A stretch of DNA of 63,879 nt, filler included, from Octopus bimaculoides (Eukaryota): NCBI RefSeq assembly GCF_001194135.2. It is 9 parts of 7 records of this genome, joined end to end, with 100 filler letters (N's around TTAATTAATTAA, not from the genome) between each part and the next. Parts side by side here need not be neighbours in the genome. Positions count along the whole stretch, not along the records: positions 11,659 to 17,513 come from NC_068999.1; positions 17,614 to 26,016 come from NC_069005.1; 7 more parts are not named here. One strand, written 5' to 3'. Positions 11,659 to 24,239 of the stretch are shown here, in pieces; positions within the stretch are counted from its first letter, which is position 1; each line of letters begins with the position of its first letter. Made by a program: the position numbers and the translations under genes. Below the pieces are notes generated by a model. It did no database searches. It saw only the letters and a list, made by a program, of their open reading frames with translations, and was not told where the DNA came from.

Positions 11659-12845
11659 GGGCCGATACTTTTCACATATCTGTAATTTTTCAGATTAACA
11701 CCCGCACGATTACCCAACCCTAAACCTAACACTAACCCTAATCCTAACCCTAAACCCTAAAACCCGAACCCTAACACCCTAGTGAAAATCGTGGTATATT
11801 TACCAAACATTGACATGAGTTATATTGTTGTCAATGATTGTGTGTACAGGTAGAAAGTAAGAAATATAAAAGTTGTTAGAAACAACAGTCAAATCTCCCT
11901 TAAATCACACAAAGTAAACAAAATTTTAAAATGTTTACATCAATGGAATTTTTTCGATGTGAACTTTCCAGTGCAGTAATTACACGCTCAACATATAATA
12001 TAGAGAGTAAGAGTAAAAGAGGGGGAAAGAGAGAGAGAGAGACATAAACCCTAACACTAACACCCTAGTGAAAATCGTGGTATATTTACCAAACATTNNN
12101 NNNNNNNNNNNNNNNNNNNNNNNNNNNNNNNNNNNNNNNNNNNNNNNNNNNNNNNNNNNNNNNNNNNNNNNNNNNNNNNNNNNNNNNNNNNNNNNNNNNN
12201 NNNNNNNNNNNNNNNNNNNNNNNNNNNNNNNNNNNNNNNNNNNNNNNNNNNNNNNNNNNNNNNNNNNNNNNNNNNNNNNNNNNNNNNNNNNNNNNNNNNN
12301 NNNNNNNNNNNNNNNNNNNNNNNNNNNNNNNNNNNNNNNNNNNNNNNNNNNNNNNNNNNNNNNNNNNNNNNNNNNNNNNNNNNNNNNNNNNNNNNNNNNN
12401 NNNNNNNNNNNNNNNNNNNNNNNNNNNNNNNNNNNNNNNNNNNNNNNNNNNNNNNNNNNNNNNNNNNNNNNNNNNNNNNNNNNNNNNNNNNNNNNNNNNN
12501 NNNNNNNNNNNNNNNNNNNNNNNNNNNNNNNNNNNNNNNNNNNNNNNNNNNNNNNNNNNNNNNNNNNNNNNNNNNNNNNNNNNNNNNNNNNNNNNNNNNN
12601 NNNNNNNNNNNNNNNNNNNNNNNNNAGTAAGAAATATAAAAGTTGTTAGAAACAACAGTCAAATCTCCCTTAAATCACACAAAGTAAACGGAATTTAAAA
12701 AATCTAATTACTGCACTGGAAAGTTCAGATCGAGAAAATTCCATTGATGTAAACATTTTTACGAAAAAGTGGAAAATGTGGATTTCTATAAACTTTCAAA
12801 AAGGCTTCACACAAACACACAATTTCAGATTTATATATTAAGATA
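11659..12845. mobile_element. Composite repeat with degenerate CCCTAA runs, possibly a non-autonomous Helitron/Helentron-type element
   Basis: aaccctaaacctaacactaaccctaatcctaaccc; internal direct duplications; ends in atttatatattaagat. Classification tentative. Confidence 0.35.
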
Positions 12846-13254
12846 TATATACATATATATAAAATGCAACTAGGTTAGCTGCCCACCTACTTAACCGCCT
12901 ATCCTTCATTTCGTTTTGTACCCATCTAGAAATATTCCAACAACTACCCAGTAATTTTCCATGCACACATCAAGTGAAGGAGACAGCTAAGTGGCTGTAC
13001 GTGTATGCTTGTTCGCCTGTGTCTGTGTGCATGTGTGCTTGTATGTATGTATTGATGAATTTTCTACCTCTCTCTGTCTGAAATCACCCCACCCCCTCTT
13101 ACGATGACCATAATGCTTATACTCACAATGCCGCTAACATCTAATCCTACCTGTAGTAGGGGCTACGATCTTAATCCTAACATGCTTGAATGTTTGAATG
13201 ATGTCAGGTAGGAAGTGAGAACAGATGAAGCATGCCTAAGAAATGAACACAACA

Positions 13255-16200
13255 ACCTGCCACTTCTTTTCATGCACTGAATAACATCTCTCCTCCCCAA
13301 GCCTCACCCCACATTCCTTTCCCAGTTTTCAGAGTTGGCACAGTCAATGTAGGCACACTGAAAGGTAGGTCTAGTGAGATTGTAGAGATGCTTGAAAGGA
13401 GACGTGTTGATGTATGCTGCTTACAAGAGGAAAGATAGAGAGGAGCTTCAGCTAGTGTCCTCACAGGCAAGACACATAGGTACAGTCTTCTGGCAAGGTA
13501 ACATGGATGGAGTGAGGGGTGTAGGCATACTCCTTGCAGAGAAATTGGTAGATAAAGTCGTAGAGGTTGTCAGTGTATGCGATAGAATGCTTAAGCTTAG
13601 GCTAGTCCTACAGAGCAGCACAGCTACAATTATCTCTACCTACGCCTCACAAGCGGGTCCACCAAAATGATCAGGACCATTTTTATAAGCTACTGCAAAG
13701 ACAAGTGGCAATGACCTCATCTTTGCGGCTGGAGATTTTAATGGGCATGTTGGGCGGGAATCCGGTATCTTCACTGGTGTACACAGGGGCCATAGTATTG
13801 GTTCTGAAACGATGAGGGAACTAGGCTACTGGAGTTCTGTGATACATGTAACCTTTTAATCTGCAACATTAACTTCAGGAAACCAGACAGCCACCTGATA
13901 ATCAGGTGACACTGCTAGCCAGATTGATTTTATCCTCACCAGACAGCGGGACGCAGGGTTGCTCTTAAATACAAAGACCCTCCTGGGTGAAGAATGTCCC
14001 CCCTAAGGCCAGAAGGATACCTAGAAGCAGACCAATCCAAAAAAGAAGGATTTGGAAGCTAAAAAATCCTTCACATGGTCAGAGATTTAGGGACATCCTC
14101 ATCAAGAAATTTGATGAGAGCGAGGAGGAGCTACAGACATCGGACATAGAAGGTATCTGGAAATTCCTACGAGACAGCTTGCTGAGTGCCACAGACTGCG
14201 GATGGTGCAAAGTCCCTAACAGACCTAGAGTTACGTGGTGGTGGAATAGTACAGTANNNNNNNNNNATGGTGCAAAGTCCCTAACAGACCTAGAGTTACG
14301 TGGTGGTGGAATAGTACAGTAGACGAAGCCATTAGAGCAAAGAAACAGGCCTGGAAAGGTGGGGGTAGCAGGGAACTCTACCAGGTAGCGAAAAGGGAGG
14401 CTGGGTGGCAGGTATACATAGCCAAGGGAGAAGCAGAAAAGAAGAAGTTTGCCAATGTCCACCGACGTGAGGACCAAAGAACTGAAGTATTTCAGATTGC
14501 AAGACAGTGTGTGAGAGAAAATTGTGATGTCATAGGAGAGAAATGTGTCTGCATGGATGATGGTGCACTTGTTTTTAATGATTCGGAAAAGAAAGAGGCT
14601 TGCAGAAGCCATTATGAAAGACTGCTGAACGTAGAGAATGAATGGGAGGAGGAGAGCCTGCCAAATGTTGACCCAGTAGAGGGACCAGCTATCCGAATAG
14701 ATAGCTCCCTGGTAGATAAGGCAATTAAGGGTATGAAGCCAGGAAAAGCCCCCGACCCATCAGGAATCACTGCTGAGATGCTTAAAGCAACTAGTGGTTT
14801 GGGCTATGGCCTAGTCACCCGCATTGTAAACCAGGTCGTTCATGATGGAGTCATACCCATTAACTGGGATAGCAGCACCATAGTCAACTGCTACAAGGGT
14901 AAAGGTGATGCTCTAGATAGAAATAACTACAGGGGTATCAAACTGCTGTATCAGGTGGTGAAGGTCACGGAGAGGGTCATAGTCCATCTGATTAGGGAGA
15001 GAGTCTGCTTAGATGAGATGCAGTTTGGCTTTGTACTGGGTAGAAGCACCACTGATGCCATATTCCTGGTTTGACAACTGCAGGAGAAATACCTAGCTAA
15101 AGATAAACCCCTATACTTGGCTTTTGTGGACTTGGAGAAAGCTTTGACGGGGTCCACTGATCCCTTATCTGCTTGGCGATGCGGAAACTGGGGATTGACG
15201 AATGGTTAATAAGGGCTGTACAGGCCTAATACAGAGAGGCTATTAGTAAGGTTAGGATTGGAGATGAGTATAGTGAAGAATTCCAGGTAGAAGTAGGGGT
15301 CCACCAAGGTTCAACCCTCAGTCCCCTTTTATTCATCATAGTCCTTTCAGCAATAACAGAGGAATTCAAGACGGGTTGCCTCTGGGAGCTCCTCTATGCT
15401 GATGACCTGACCCTCATATTAGAATCACTACAAGAACTAGAAAAGAAATTTCGAGTATGAAAGCAAGGTTTAGAATCAAAAGGCCTTAGAGTCAATGTAG
15501 GAAAGACCAAAGTCCTAGTAAGTAGGAAGGCGAACACATCACACACCCACTCAGGTAGGTGGCCCTGCTCGATGTGTAGAAAAGGTGTAGGTAGAAACTC
15601 CATAAGATGTACCCAGTGTAAGCTATGGACACATAAGAGGTGCAGCAACATCAAAGGAAGATTAACCAAGAAGATCTCTTTCGTGTGCGGCAGATGTACA
15701 GGAGCAATAAACACCACAGATGCTCAGAAAACAGATTCCATCACACTCCAGGGGGAGAAACTAGAAGTAGTTGATAGCTTCCGCTACTTAGGTGACCAAG
15801 TTAGTAGTGGGGGTGGATGTTCAGAGAGTGTTACCACTAGAATAAGAATAGCCTGGGCAAAGTTTAGAAAGCTCCTACCCCTACTGGTGACAAAGGGCCT
15901 CTTGCTCAGTGTGAAAGGTAGATTGTACGATGCGTGTTTGCGAATTGCCATGCTTCACAGCAGGGAAACATGCGCCATGACAGCAGAGGACATGCGTAAG
16001 CTCGAAAGAAATGAAGTTAGCATGATCCACTGGATGTGTAATGTCAGTGTGCACACACGACAGAGTGTAAGCGCCCTGAGAGAAATGTTGGACATATGAA
16101 ACATAGGATGTGGCGTGCAAGAGAGACGTTTGCATTGGTATGGTCATGTACTACAGATGGATGAGGAGAGATGTGTGAAGAAGCGACCCTCCCAAACAGT

Positions 16201-16640
16201 TGAAGGAATCCAGGGTAGAAGTCAACCCAGGAAGACATGGGATGAGGTGGTCAAGCATGACCTTTGAATGTTGGGCCTCACAGAGGCAATGACGGAAGAC
16301 CAAGACCTCTGGAGGTATGCTGTGATTGTGATGACCCAGCAAATAAAGTGAGTTCACGGCTGTATCCTACACCAGTTTCGCATAACCAGCCCCAGCACAT
16401 TCAAAAGTACCTTGGATCATAGGTCAACCTACTGTGCTTGAGGAGACCTATTGAGTCAAGTACATCAACATCAAAATGGAAATTGTAGTTGTGATACCCA
16501 TGCCGGTGGCACGTAAAAAGCACCATCCGAATGTGGCCGATGCCTGCACGCCTTGACTGGCTTCTGTGCCGGTGGCACATACGAAGCACCAACTGATCGT
16601 GGCCATTGCCAGCCTCCTCTGGCCCCTATGCCGGTGACAG
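13255..16640 (+). mobile_element. Near full-length decayed RTE-clade LINE (APE endonuclease, RT, PHD-like finger, 3' UTR)
   Basis: APE motifs VGTVNVGTL, CCLQE, GDFNGHVG, QIDFILTR. RT motifs NNYRGIKLL, QFGFVLGRSTTDAIF, AFVDLEKA, GVHQGSTLSPLLF, LLYADDL, FRYLGD. Many stops and frameshifts. 3' UTR has ~60-bp ccggtggcac subrepeats. Confidence 0.95.
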
Positions 16641-16689
16641 TACAATTACATTTATTCCTATCTCTACAGCCACATAGGTTGTAAGGGGT

Positions 16690-17513
16690 GTCTATGTCTG
16701 TGTGTTGTTGTGTGGCCCTATACAAACAAACAAACAGCCACACTAGATCTTACATTGGAGGGACGAAAAACCAAATACGGCTCAGATATAATGAGCACCT
16801 ATCTAGCTTTAGAAATAGAAATAAGGCAAATTCAACAGGACTTAGTAGGTATATCTGGGAACTAAACGACAATAAGATAGAATATAAACTAAAGTGGCAC
16901 ATACTAAAAGTAGCTAATTCCTATAACCCAACTAACAGACGCTGTGAACTCTGTTTAACTGAGCGCCTTGAAATCCTAATGGCTAAGAATGACCTATTAA
17001 ACAGGAGATATGAATCTAGCCTAATCTGTCTTCACGCTAGTAAATACTCATTCTCTAAGTATAATTAAATATATAATACATTCCACTTCCTAAGTATAGC
17101 TAAATATGTAAAAAAGAATTTTCCTTTTCTGAGTATAATTAATTATAATTAAATAGTAATAAGACCAGAGTTAGCCCCCTTTTCACCTAAATTTAGGGTT
17201 GCTCCCCTAAAAATATACGACGCATTCCTCAATCATAACATCACGTGGAAATGCATTTGATTAAAATCGGAATTATGAGCTTAAATAGCACCCATCCTAC
17301 ATCCCCCTACAAGAAGACCAACACAACTTCAACTAAAACGTAAGGCTTTCTTTACCTAACGCTATTATTATACCACCATATACATTAATATATCCACTAA
17401 TTGCTTCTCCTACATCTCTCACGCCATGAACTCTTAACATACTCCTCAACATTCTGAAGAGATTTGCCAAACCATTTGGCAAATTGAAACGTGCGTAAAT
17501 GACTAATTACATA
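16690..17513 (+). mobile_element. 5'-truncated Penelope-like element: GIY-YIG endonuclease C-terminus plus 3' pseudo-LTR
   Basis: ORF 16688-17068 contains YIGGT..IRLRYNEHLSSF..TGLSRYIWEL..WHI..CELCLTERLEI..LLNRR..CLH, followed by a C/T-rich UTR and a hammerhead motif. Confidence 0.88.
17450..17501 (+). ncRNA. Minimal type I hammerhead ribozyme motif, canonical core
   Basis: CATT-CTGAAGA-GATTTGCCAAA-cca-TTTGGCAAATT-GAA-ACGTGCGT-A-AATG. Stem I CATT/AATG, 11-bp stem II, GUA triplet, predicted cut after 17497. Confidence 0.8.
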
Positions 17514-18316
17514 NNNNNNNNNNNNNNNNNNNNNNNNNNNNNNNNNNNNNNNNNNNNTTAATTAATTAANNNNNNNNNNNNNNNNNNNNNNNNNNNNNNN
17601 NNNNNNNNNNNNNTAACATGTTTATTTTTCACATATCATTTAAATCAGGGCTGTTCTTTTTGTTTTTGTTTTGTTTCTTTTGCTCGTTTCAGTCATTTGA
17701 CTGCGGCTGTGCTGGAGCATCACCTTGAAGGGTTTCAGCATATACAGAAAAGAGAAGTTGAAAATGCACTCGGAGTCTTTAAGAAGACTTATTTTTTACT
17801 TCATCAGTCTCAGACTTTCATTTGTCTGTGGTGTATTTGTCTTGACTCTGAGAAATACATCATAGCTCAAAGTCTTTCTGTCTAACACCTAATGCTACAC
17901 TTGAAAATCATAAAATCGTGAGACCAGTGAAGTCAATGTAGATAAATCTTTTTAAAGACTCCAAGTGCGTTTTCATTTTCAACTTGACTTTTCTGTATAC
18001 TTCTACTCATGTGAAAGAAACTTATTTTCTTGTGTATGTATGCATATACAAATAAATGGAGAAAGATAAGATAGATGGGGTCTGACAACAGGGAAAGGAA
18101 GATAAATGAGGGATAGATAAAACAGAGATAGAAAATAAAATCGGGAGAGAGATAAGAAGCAAGCAGATCAATGAAGATTGCCATGATGGTAGATCTCTCT
18201 CATAACACTCACACACACACACACACACACACAAGAAAGAGAGAGAATGCTGAGTAAATATACATGCATCCATACATACATATACATACACACACACACA
18301 CACACACACGCATATG

Positions 18317-18364
<48 letters not shown>

Positions 18365-18678
18365 TAAATATATATATATATAGAGAGAGAGAGAAAAACA
18401 CACACACATGCAAACAACAAATATATGCAAATAAGCATATATATATATATAAACATACAGACATAAACACATAAATATACATACATGCAAGTATACATAC
18501 ACACATATATTCATATACACACACATATATATAAATACACACACACACACACACACAATGTATATACACACCCACACACATACATATATCTACATATATC
18601 TATATAGAGATGCAATGAAAGAATTAAGGAATGAGAAAGAATGGAAGGAAAAAAGAGACGCAGAAAGAAAGAACCTAC

Positions 18679-18847
18679 CATGAGGAATAACTCGAAAATC
18701 GTTGCAGATTAGTTTTTCCAAGTTTTCTTCGTTTCTCTTAGTCTGAATTTCCTTGTTATCATCGTAAGCACTAAGCACGTTGTGGGTGCAGATGGTTGCG
18801 ATATTCATCTGCGCATTCAGAGACTTTCTGCTATTGGTGTTCCCCAT
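18679..18847 (-). other. Candidate first coding exon (MGNTNS...) or decayed LINE APE start
   Basis: ataATGG Kozak context, 56 open codons, CATG|GTAGGT donor; no homology recognised with confidence. Confidence 0.3.
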
Positions 18848-18994
18848 TATCAAACTTTGACTACGACTATCGTTATTATTATTGTTATTATTATTATTAT
18901 TATTATTATTGTTGTTGTTTTTGCTTTTGGTATGATATCTGCGATTAAAGATGGCAGCAGACCATACAATACTTGCAAAGAATGTAATGATTAA

Positions 18995-19025
<31 letters not shown>

Positions 19026-19289
19026 TCTGTGATTAAAGATAGCAGCAGGCGTCAGTACTTTCAAAGAAAGTTCTTCTTCTTCTTCTTCTTCTTCTTCTTC
19101 TTGTCAAATTCCTGATGCAGGAGACTGCATAAAATAAATATCACTTGTTGTGGCCTTTCAAACCACTTTTAACTCTATAAATAGTATTTATACACTATCC
19201 ATATAGTGTTTATATAGCATATAATATATAGTACAGTATTTATATGACATTTGCCTTCAGTTACAATTAAGATGAGATGTATTTAGCCA

Positions 19290-20540
19290 TTAAGATGTGT
19301 CCTGGTTGCAGTTAATCTGTTAAAGCTCGTTCATATTAATATTATCACTGATTGTACTAATCTGTTAAAATGTTTTCTTAACAGTATTAAGATTGGTTGT
19401 TAAGATTAGTTCTTCCTATCAAAACTATTTATATTTTTATCTGTTAAGATCTTTTCTTAATACCTCATGTCTGGTTATATCTAACCTGTTAAAATATGTT
19501 ATTACTGTTAAGTCCGAATGTCTTTTGTCTGTGTTCTTTATCCTACTAAGACTAACTGCATCACACTGCGAAGTTATGCTTCTAATATTATTACAACTGG
19601 CTATATTAACCCGTTATGATTTTCTTTTACTGCTGTTAACACTGGTTCGAGCATTTTGTTATAAAATGTATCCTTATAGTAGTTCAAACCGATTTTACTA
19701 ACCTCTTTTGATGTCTGCACTTATTGCTGTTAAAACTTGTTTGTATAAATCTCTTAGGTAATGCTGTTACAGTTGTAAAGAACAGTCATCAAAATTTGGT
19801 TAACTGGTTGGTCGGTTGGTTATAATATTCCAAGTTTTCTACCTTAACGCTCTTAAACAGGTTGTAATTTTTCAGTTATGAACCTCCTTTCTTCCACCTG
19901 TCATGTACTCATAACGGTAACCTCTTAAAAGGCCTCCCCTTCCTTAATTCTATTAAGACCAGTTATATTAATCTATTAAAAAAACCAAAATAGACCCAAC
20001 TCCTTTCTGCAGCTGTTAACAAACTGGCTGTACTAAAATGTGTTTACATTAGTCCGTTAATTCAGTCAAAATTAATTGCAGCTTTCTTTAAGAAACAACC
20101 ACCTTCTTAAAGTTGTTTATCACTGGTTATATTAAAAATACAACTCACTCACAACAGTTAACATTTAGTTATACTAAACAATGTTTTTGTTAACCAGCTT
20201 GTCTCATTAACATTAATTATAGTACTCTCTAACAAACAACCTTCTTGTTAACAGCCACATTAAAAACAACTTTTTCGCAGCAGTTAACATCTAGCTGTAC
20301 CAAAGTGTGTTTATGTTAATTGTGTTGATTAGGATGTCTTATTAAAATTAGTTATAGTTTTCCGCAATAAACAGCCTTCTTCTTAAGAGCCATTCAACAC
20401 TGGTTTACACAAAATGCCTTGTTACATTAATTAAAATTTTTCTTCCACTGTTCTGTTAAAAACAGATTAAGGTATTTTATAAGAATCTTCAAAGAAACTT
20501 CTAAACAGCTGCTAATCACTGGATATACAAAAACACTTGG
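19290..20540. repeat. Old degenerate tandem array rich in CTGTTAA/CAGTTAAC, ~130-140-bp higher-order unit in the right half
   Basis: ctgttaacaaactggctgtactaaaatgtg (20012), cagttaacatttagttatactaaacaatg (20155), cagttaacatctagctgtaccaaagtgtg (20281). Confidence 0.6.
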
Positions 20541-21371
20541 TTATATCTACATACATACACATATATATACACATATGTGTATGTATTATTAATTAGTTAA
20601 GAGTCCCTTGTTGTCTTCCTCAGAACTGATTATTTCATAAGAATCACACTTGCTGCATTCTAAAACAGGTGTTTCTCACTGACTGCCTTGGGATGCAGCA
20701 TTTGCCAGTTGCAGCGACAACAACAAAATTTTTCGCAGATTACCGACAACCCACAACATCCGTCCGTCCGTCCGTCCGTCCGTCCGCCTGCCTGCTGTGT
20801 CGCAATCAATGAAAATCTTATTATCGATGTAGACACTTTGTTACTCCGACTTTTCCAGCAGCAACTATTTTTACTGTTTCACTGCAAAACACTTTCCTTC
20901 GACAAAGAGGAGAAGAAGGGNNNNNNNNNNNNNNNNNNNNNNNNNNNNNNNNNNNNNNNNNNNNNNNNNNNNNNNNNNNNNNNNNNNNGGGGGGGGGGGT
21001 TGAGTGACAGTGATTGTTGTGATAGTGGTGGCCATGGTGGTGGTGGTGGTGGTAGCAGTGGTGCAGACCAGGGTTGCGATTGGTAATTGTGATGGTGATG
21101 GTGATGACAGTGGTGAAGAGTGGTCATTCGGATGATTATAGTAGGTGATGACTGGTGGCTGTAGTGGTGGTGGTGGCTGCAGTGGTTGGTGGTGGCAGTG
21201 GCGGTGATGATGGTGGTGGTGGTGGTGGTGGTAGTAGTGATGGAGGTGTATAGTGATAGTAGTTATAGTAATGGTAGTGGTAGTGGTTGTAGTAGTAGTG
21301 TTGATGGTAGTGAAGGTGGCAGATAGTGATGGTTGTTGTTGTGTTGGTTATAATGGTGGTGGAAGCAGTTA

Positions 21372-21535
21372 GAGTCCAGAGCCTCTGGGTATTTACATAG
21401 TCCAGGGCCCCTCAGATTTTGCAGTGTCCAGCACCCCTAAGCTCTTATAGAGTCCAGTGCACCTAAGCTCTTATAGAGTCCAAGGCTGCCAAGCTCCTAT
21501 ATAATTCAGAGCCCTAAGCTTTCTATAGTTTATGG
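21372..21535. repeat. ~25-bp minisatellite (agagtccag..cc.taagctcttat)
   Basis: Visible tandem units. Confidence 0.7.
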
Positions 21536-21679
21536 CCCCACTATGTCTAAATCCAACAGTGTTTGTAGACACTTCAACTAACATTACTATTTATTTGAAA
21601 CTAGCAAAGGACCTTCTAGGTTCATGTTTGGTCTGCTAGAAATAGCAGTCAAATTACATTATGTAGTCTCTGATATGCA

Positions 21680-21699
<20 letters not shown>

Positions 21700-21710
<11 letters not shown>

Positions 21711-21860
21711 GAGTGGTTGGTGTTAGGAAGGGCATTCAGCCGTAAAAAGCCTGCCAAAACAGACACAATAGCCTGGGGTAGTCTTCTACCTGGCCAACTC
21801 TTATCAACTGTCCTACCTGTGCATGCATGGAAGGGGGACATTAAACGATGATGATGATGA
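21700..21860 (+). mobile_element. Extreme 3' end of RTE-type LINE with (GAT)n tail
   Basis: ttaggaagggcattcagc...catggaagggggacattaaacgatgatgatga; related to 38690-38730 and 41325-41400. Confidence 0.7.
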
Positions 21861-21873
21861 TATATTTAAGTAT

Positions 21874-21922
<49 letters not shown>

Positions 21923-22569
21923 TGTATACACACACACACATTACCACAGATAGGACATCATCTATCAGTAGGTGTGCTCCAGGCAGGGCTGATGTAGGTC
22001 TAAACAACAACTATTACAACTATAAAGACTAGTAAAAATACTAATTATCTTTCCTCCTCACACATCGTTCCTTGCCCACCCCCTCCAAAGTATGCCCATG
22101 GACACAAGAAAAAAAGAAAAAAAACCCAAGTCAAACCTCGTAGGATTTGAACTTGAAACTGAACACGGCAAGACACTTTATTCAGCTTCGTCTTATCATA
22201 CCTGCTGACTTGATCATACCACACCCCTCTCAGAAACTATACAGTAGCAGCAACAGCAGCAACGACAGCAGCGATCATAGTAGTAGTAGCAGTAAGTATT
22301 TTTTGTTTTTGTTTTTGAAAATGACTCTTTTCTCCTAAAGAATGTTCCAGACACTGCTTCCCACCTTCTTGGCAGCAGACCAAGAAATGACTGTCTTTTC
22401 AGGTTATTTTGAATATTGTCTCATCACTTGGAACAATGTCAATTATACTTTTGTCGACCAAGAGTCCTCCGTTAAAATCTTGAATCACAAAATCATCAGC
22501 AGATCGATAGTCAAATGGTAATGACGCAATAATAATAATAAATAACAATAATAATAATAATAATAATAA

Positions 22570-22838
22570 TCTTTTCTACTCTAGGCACAAGGCCTGAAAT
22601 TTTGTGGGTAGGGTGCCAGTCGGTTAGATCGACCCCAGTACGCAACTAGTACTTAATTTATCGACCCCGAAAGGATGAAAGGCAAAGTCAACCTCAGTGG
22701 AATTTGAACTCAGAATGTAGTGGCAAACGAAATACCATTAAGTATTTTACCTGGCGTGCTAACGATTCTGCCAGCTCACCACCTTAACAGTAATAATAAT
22801 AATAAATGATAATAATGATAATAATGATGATAATGATA

Positions 22839-22873
<35 letters not shown>

Positions 22874-23548
22874 AATAATGATAAGAATTATAATAATAAT
22901 CCTTTCTACTAAAAGCACAAGGCCTTAAATTTGTGGGGAGGGGACTAGTTGATTACATTGAACCCCAATGTGTATCTGGTACTTAATTTATCCAACCCCT
23001 GAAAAGATGAAATGGCAAAGTCAACCTCGGTGGAATTTGAATTCAGAATGTAAAGATGGACGAAATGCCGCAAAGCATTTTGCCTGGCTTGCTAATGATT
23101 ATATTATCTTGCTGCCTTAACAACAACAACAATAATCCTATCTACTGTAGGCACAAGGCCTGAAATTTGTGGGGGAAGGCAGTCGATTACATCGACCTCA
23201 GTACACAACTGGTACTTAATTTATTGAGCCTGAAAAGACGAATAGCAAAGTTGATCTCAGCGGAATTTGAACTCAGAATATTGCTAAGCATTCTGCCCAG
23301 ATGGGGTTGACAAGTTAGCCAACTCACTGCTTTAATAATAGAAATAATAATAATTCTTTCTACTAAAGGCAAAAGGCCTGGAATTTTGGTGGAGGGGACC
23401 AGTCTATTACATTGACTTCAGTATTTCACTGGTACTTAATTTATCGACTTTGAAAGGATGAAAGGCAAAGTTGACCTTGGCAGAACTTGAACTCAGAATG
23501 TGCAGATGGACAAAATACTGCCAAGCATTTTGTCAAGTGTGCTAATGA
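22570..23548 (-). mobile_element. Four head-to-tail SINE family B copies separated by (AAT)n
   Basis: Copies at about 22570-22787, 22900-23118, 23136-23331 and 23353-23548. Confidence 0.9.
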
Positions 23549-23870
23549 CAACAAATTTAGATTCAGCTTGTCTACAGCATCATTCCTTGCTGCCAGAATT
23601 GTTCTTTCACATTGCCACTTGTGACCTTTATAGCATGTGGCAATGTTTGGAAATACCTTGCTCTTCATTTCTTCAAGGGAGGCAGTCATTTTGCCACATG
23701 GGAGGTGGTGCAGACTATCTTCTGGATCTTGTGGAAGTTTTCCATTTCTGAGAACTATGCAGCTAATGGGTCACCATGAATAAGAACCCTCATGTCAGTT
23801 CTCAGAGTAAGATGCTTGACATGTTGCTGGCCTGCTTCCTTTTCTGCAGCTGTCTCTCTTTCCATGGACA
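23548..23870 (-). mobile_element. Second Helitron helicase remnant, related to 3540-4080
   Basis: HVKHLTLRTDMRVLIHGDPLA ... SLEEMKSKVFPNIATCYKGHKWQCERTILAARNDAVDKLNLNLLS; aligns by eye with the first copy. Confidence 0.85.
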
Positions 23871-23928
23871 GAGACATTCTTTTGGCTGATATTGTAGACA
23901 AATTTGACACTTTCTTTCTAGGCATGGT

Positions 23929-23959
<31 letters not shown>

Positions 23960-24239
23960 ATACATGAGCACAGAAGATAGTAAACAATGAAAATAACTTG
24001 GAAACGGAAATTATGTTTCTTAATACGATGGGCAGAAGATAAATAAGAAATGTTAATGGAAAATAAAGTATTATACAGGTTGAAGTGAAATTTATCACTC
24101 ACTGAACCAAAGAGCCAGTATAAAAGGAACCAGAAAAAAAGTGTCAACAACAGAAAAACACAAAACACTAAAGTGAAATTTATGAAAATACTTCTCAGCC
24201 ATCATCTTGTGAATGTCTATGCTAAACACCACCAACATC

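Noticed and set aside
11715-11780. CCCTAA/TTAGGG runs (also 37198-37215) as telomere
   Set aside because: Short, degenerate and embedded in interspersed repeats; not a chromosome end.
14201-14321. 55-bp direct duplication inside the RTE, and similar duplications at about 49119-49296 and 57570-57655
   Set aside because: Each flanks a 10-N gap, the signature of unmerged contig overlaps.
22405-22530. 42 open codons on the minus strand (ASLPFDYRSADDFVIQ...) as the next GAS2L exon
   Set aside because: No acceptor (preceded by an ATT microsatellite), no donor and no recognisable homology.
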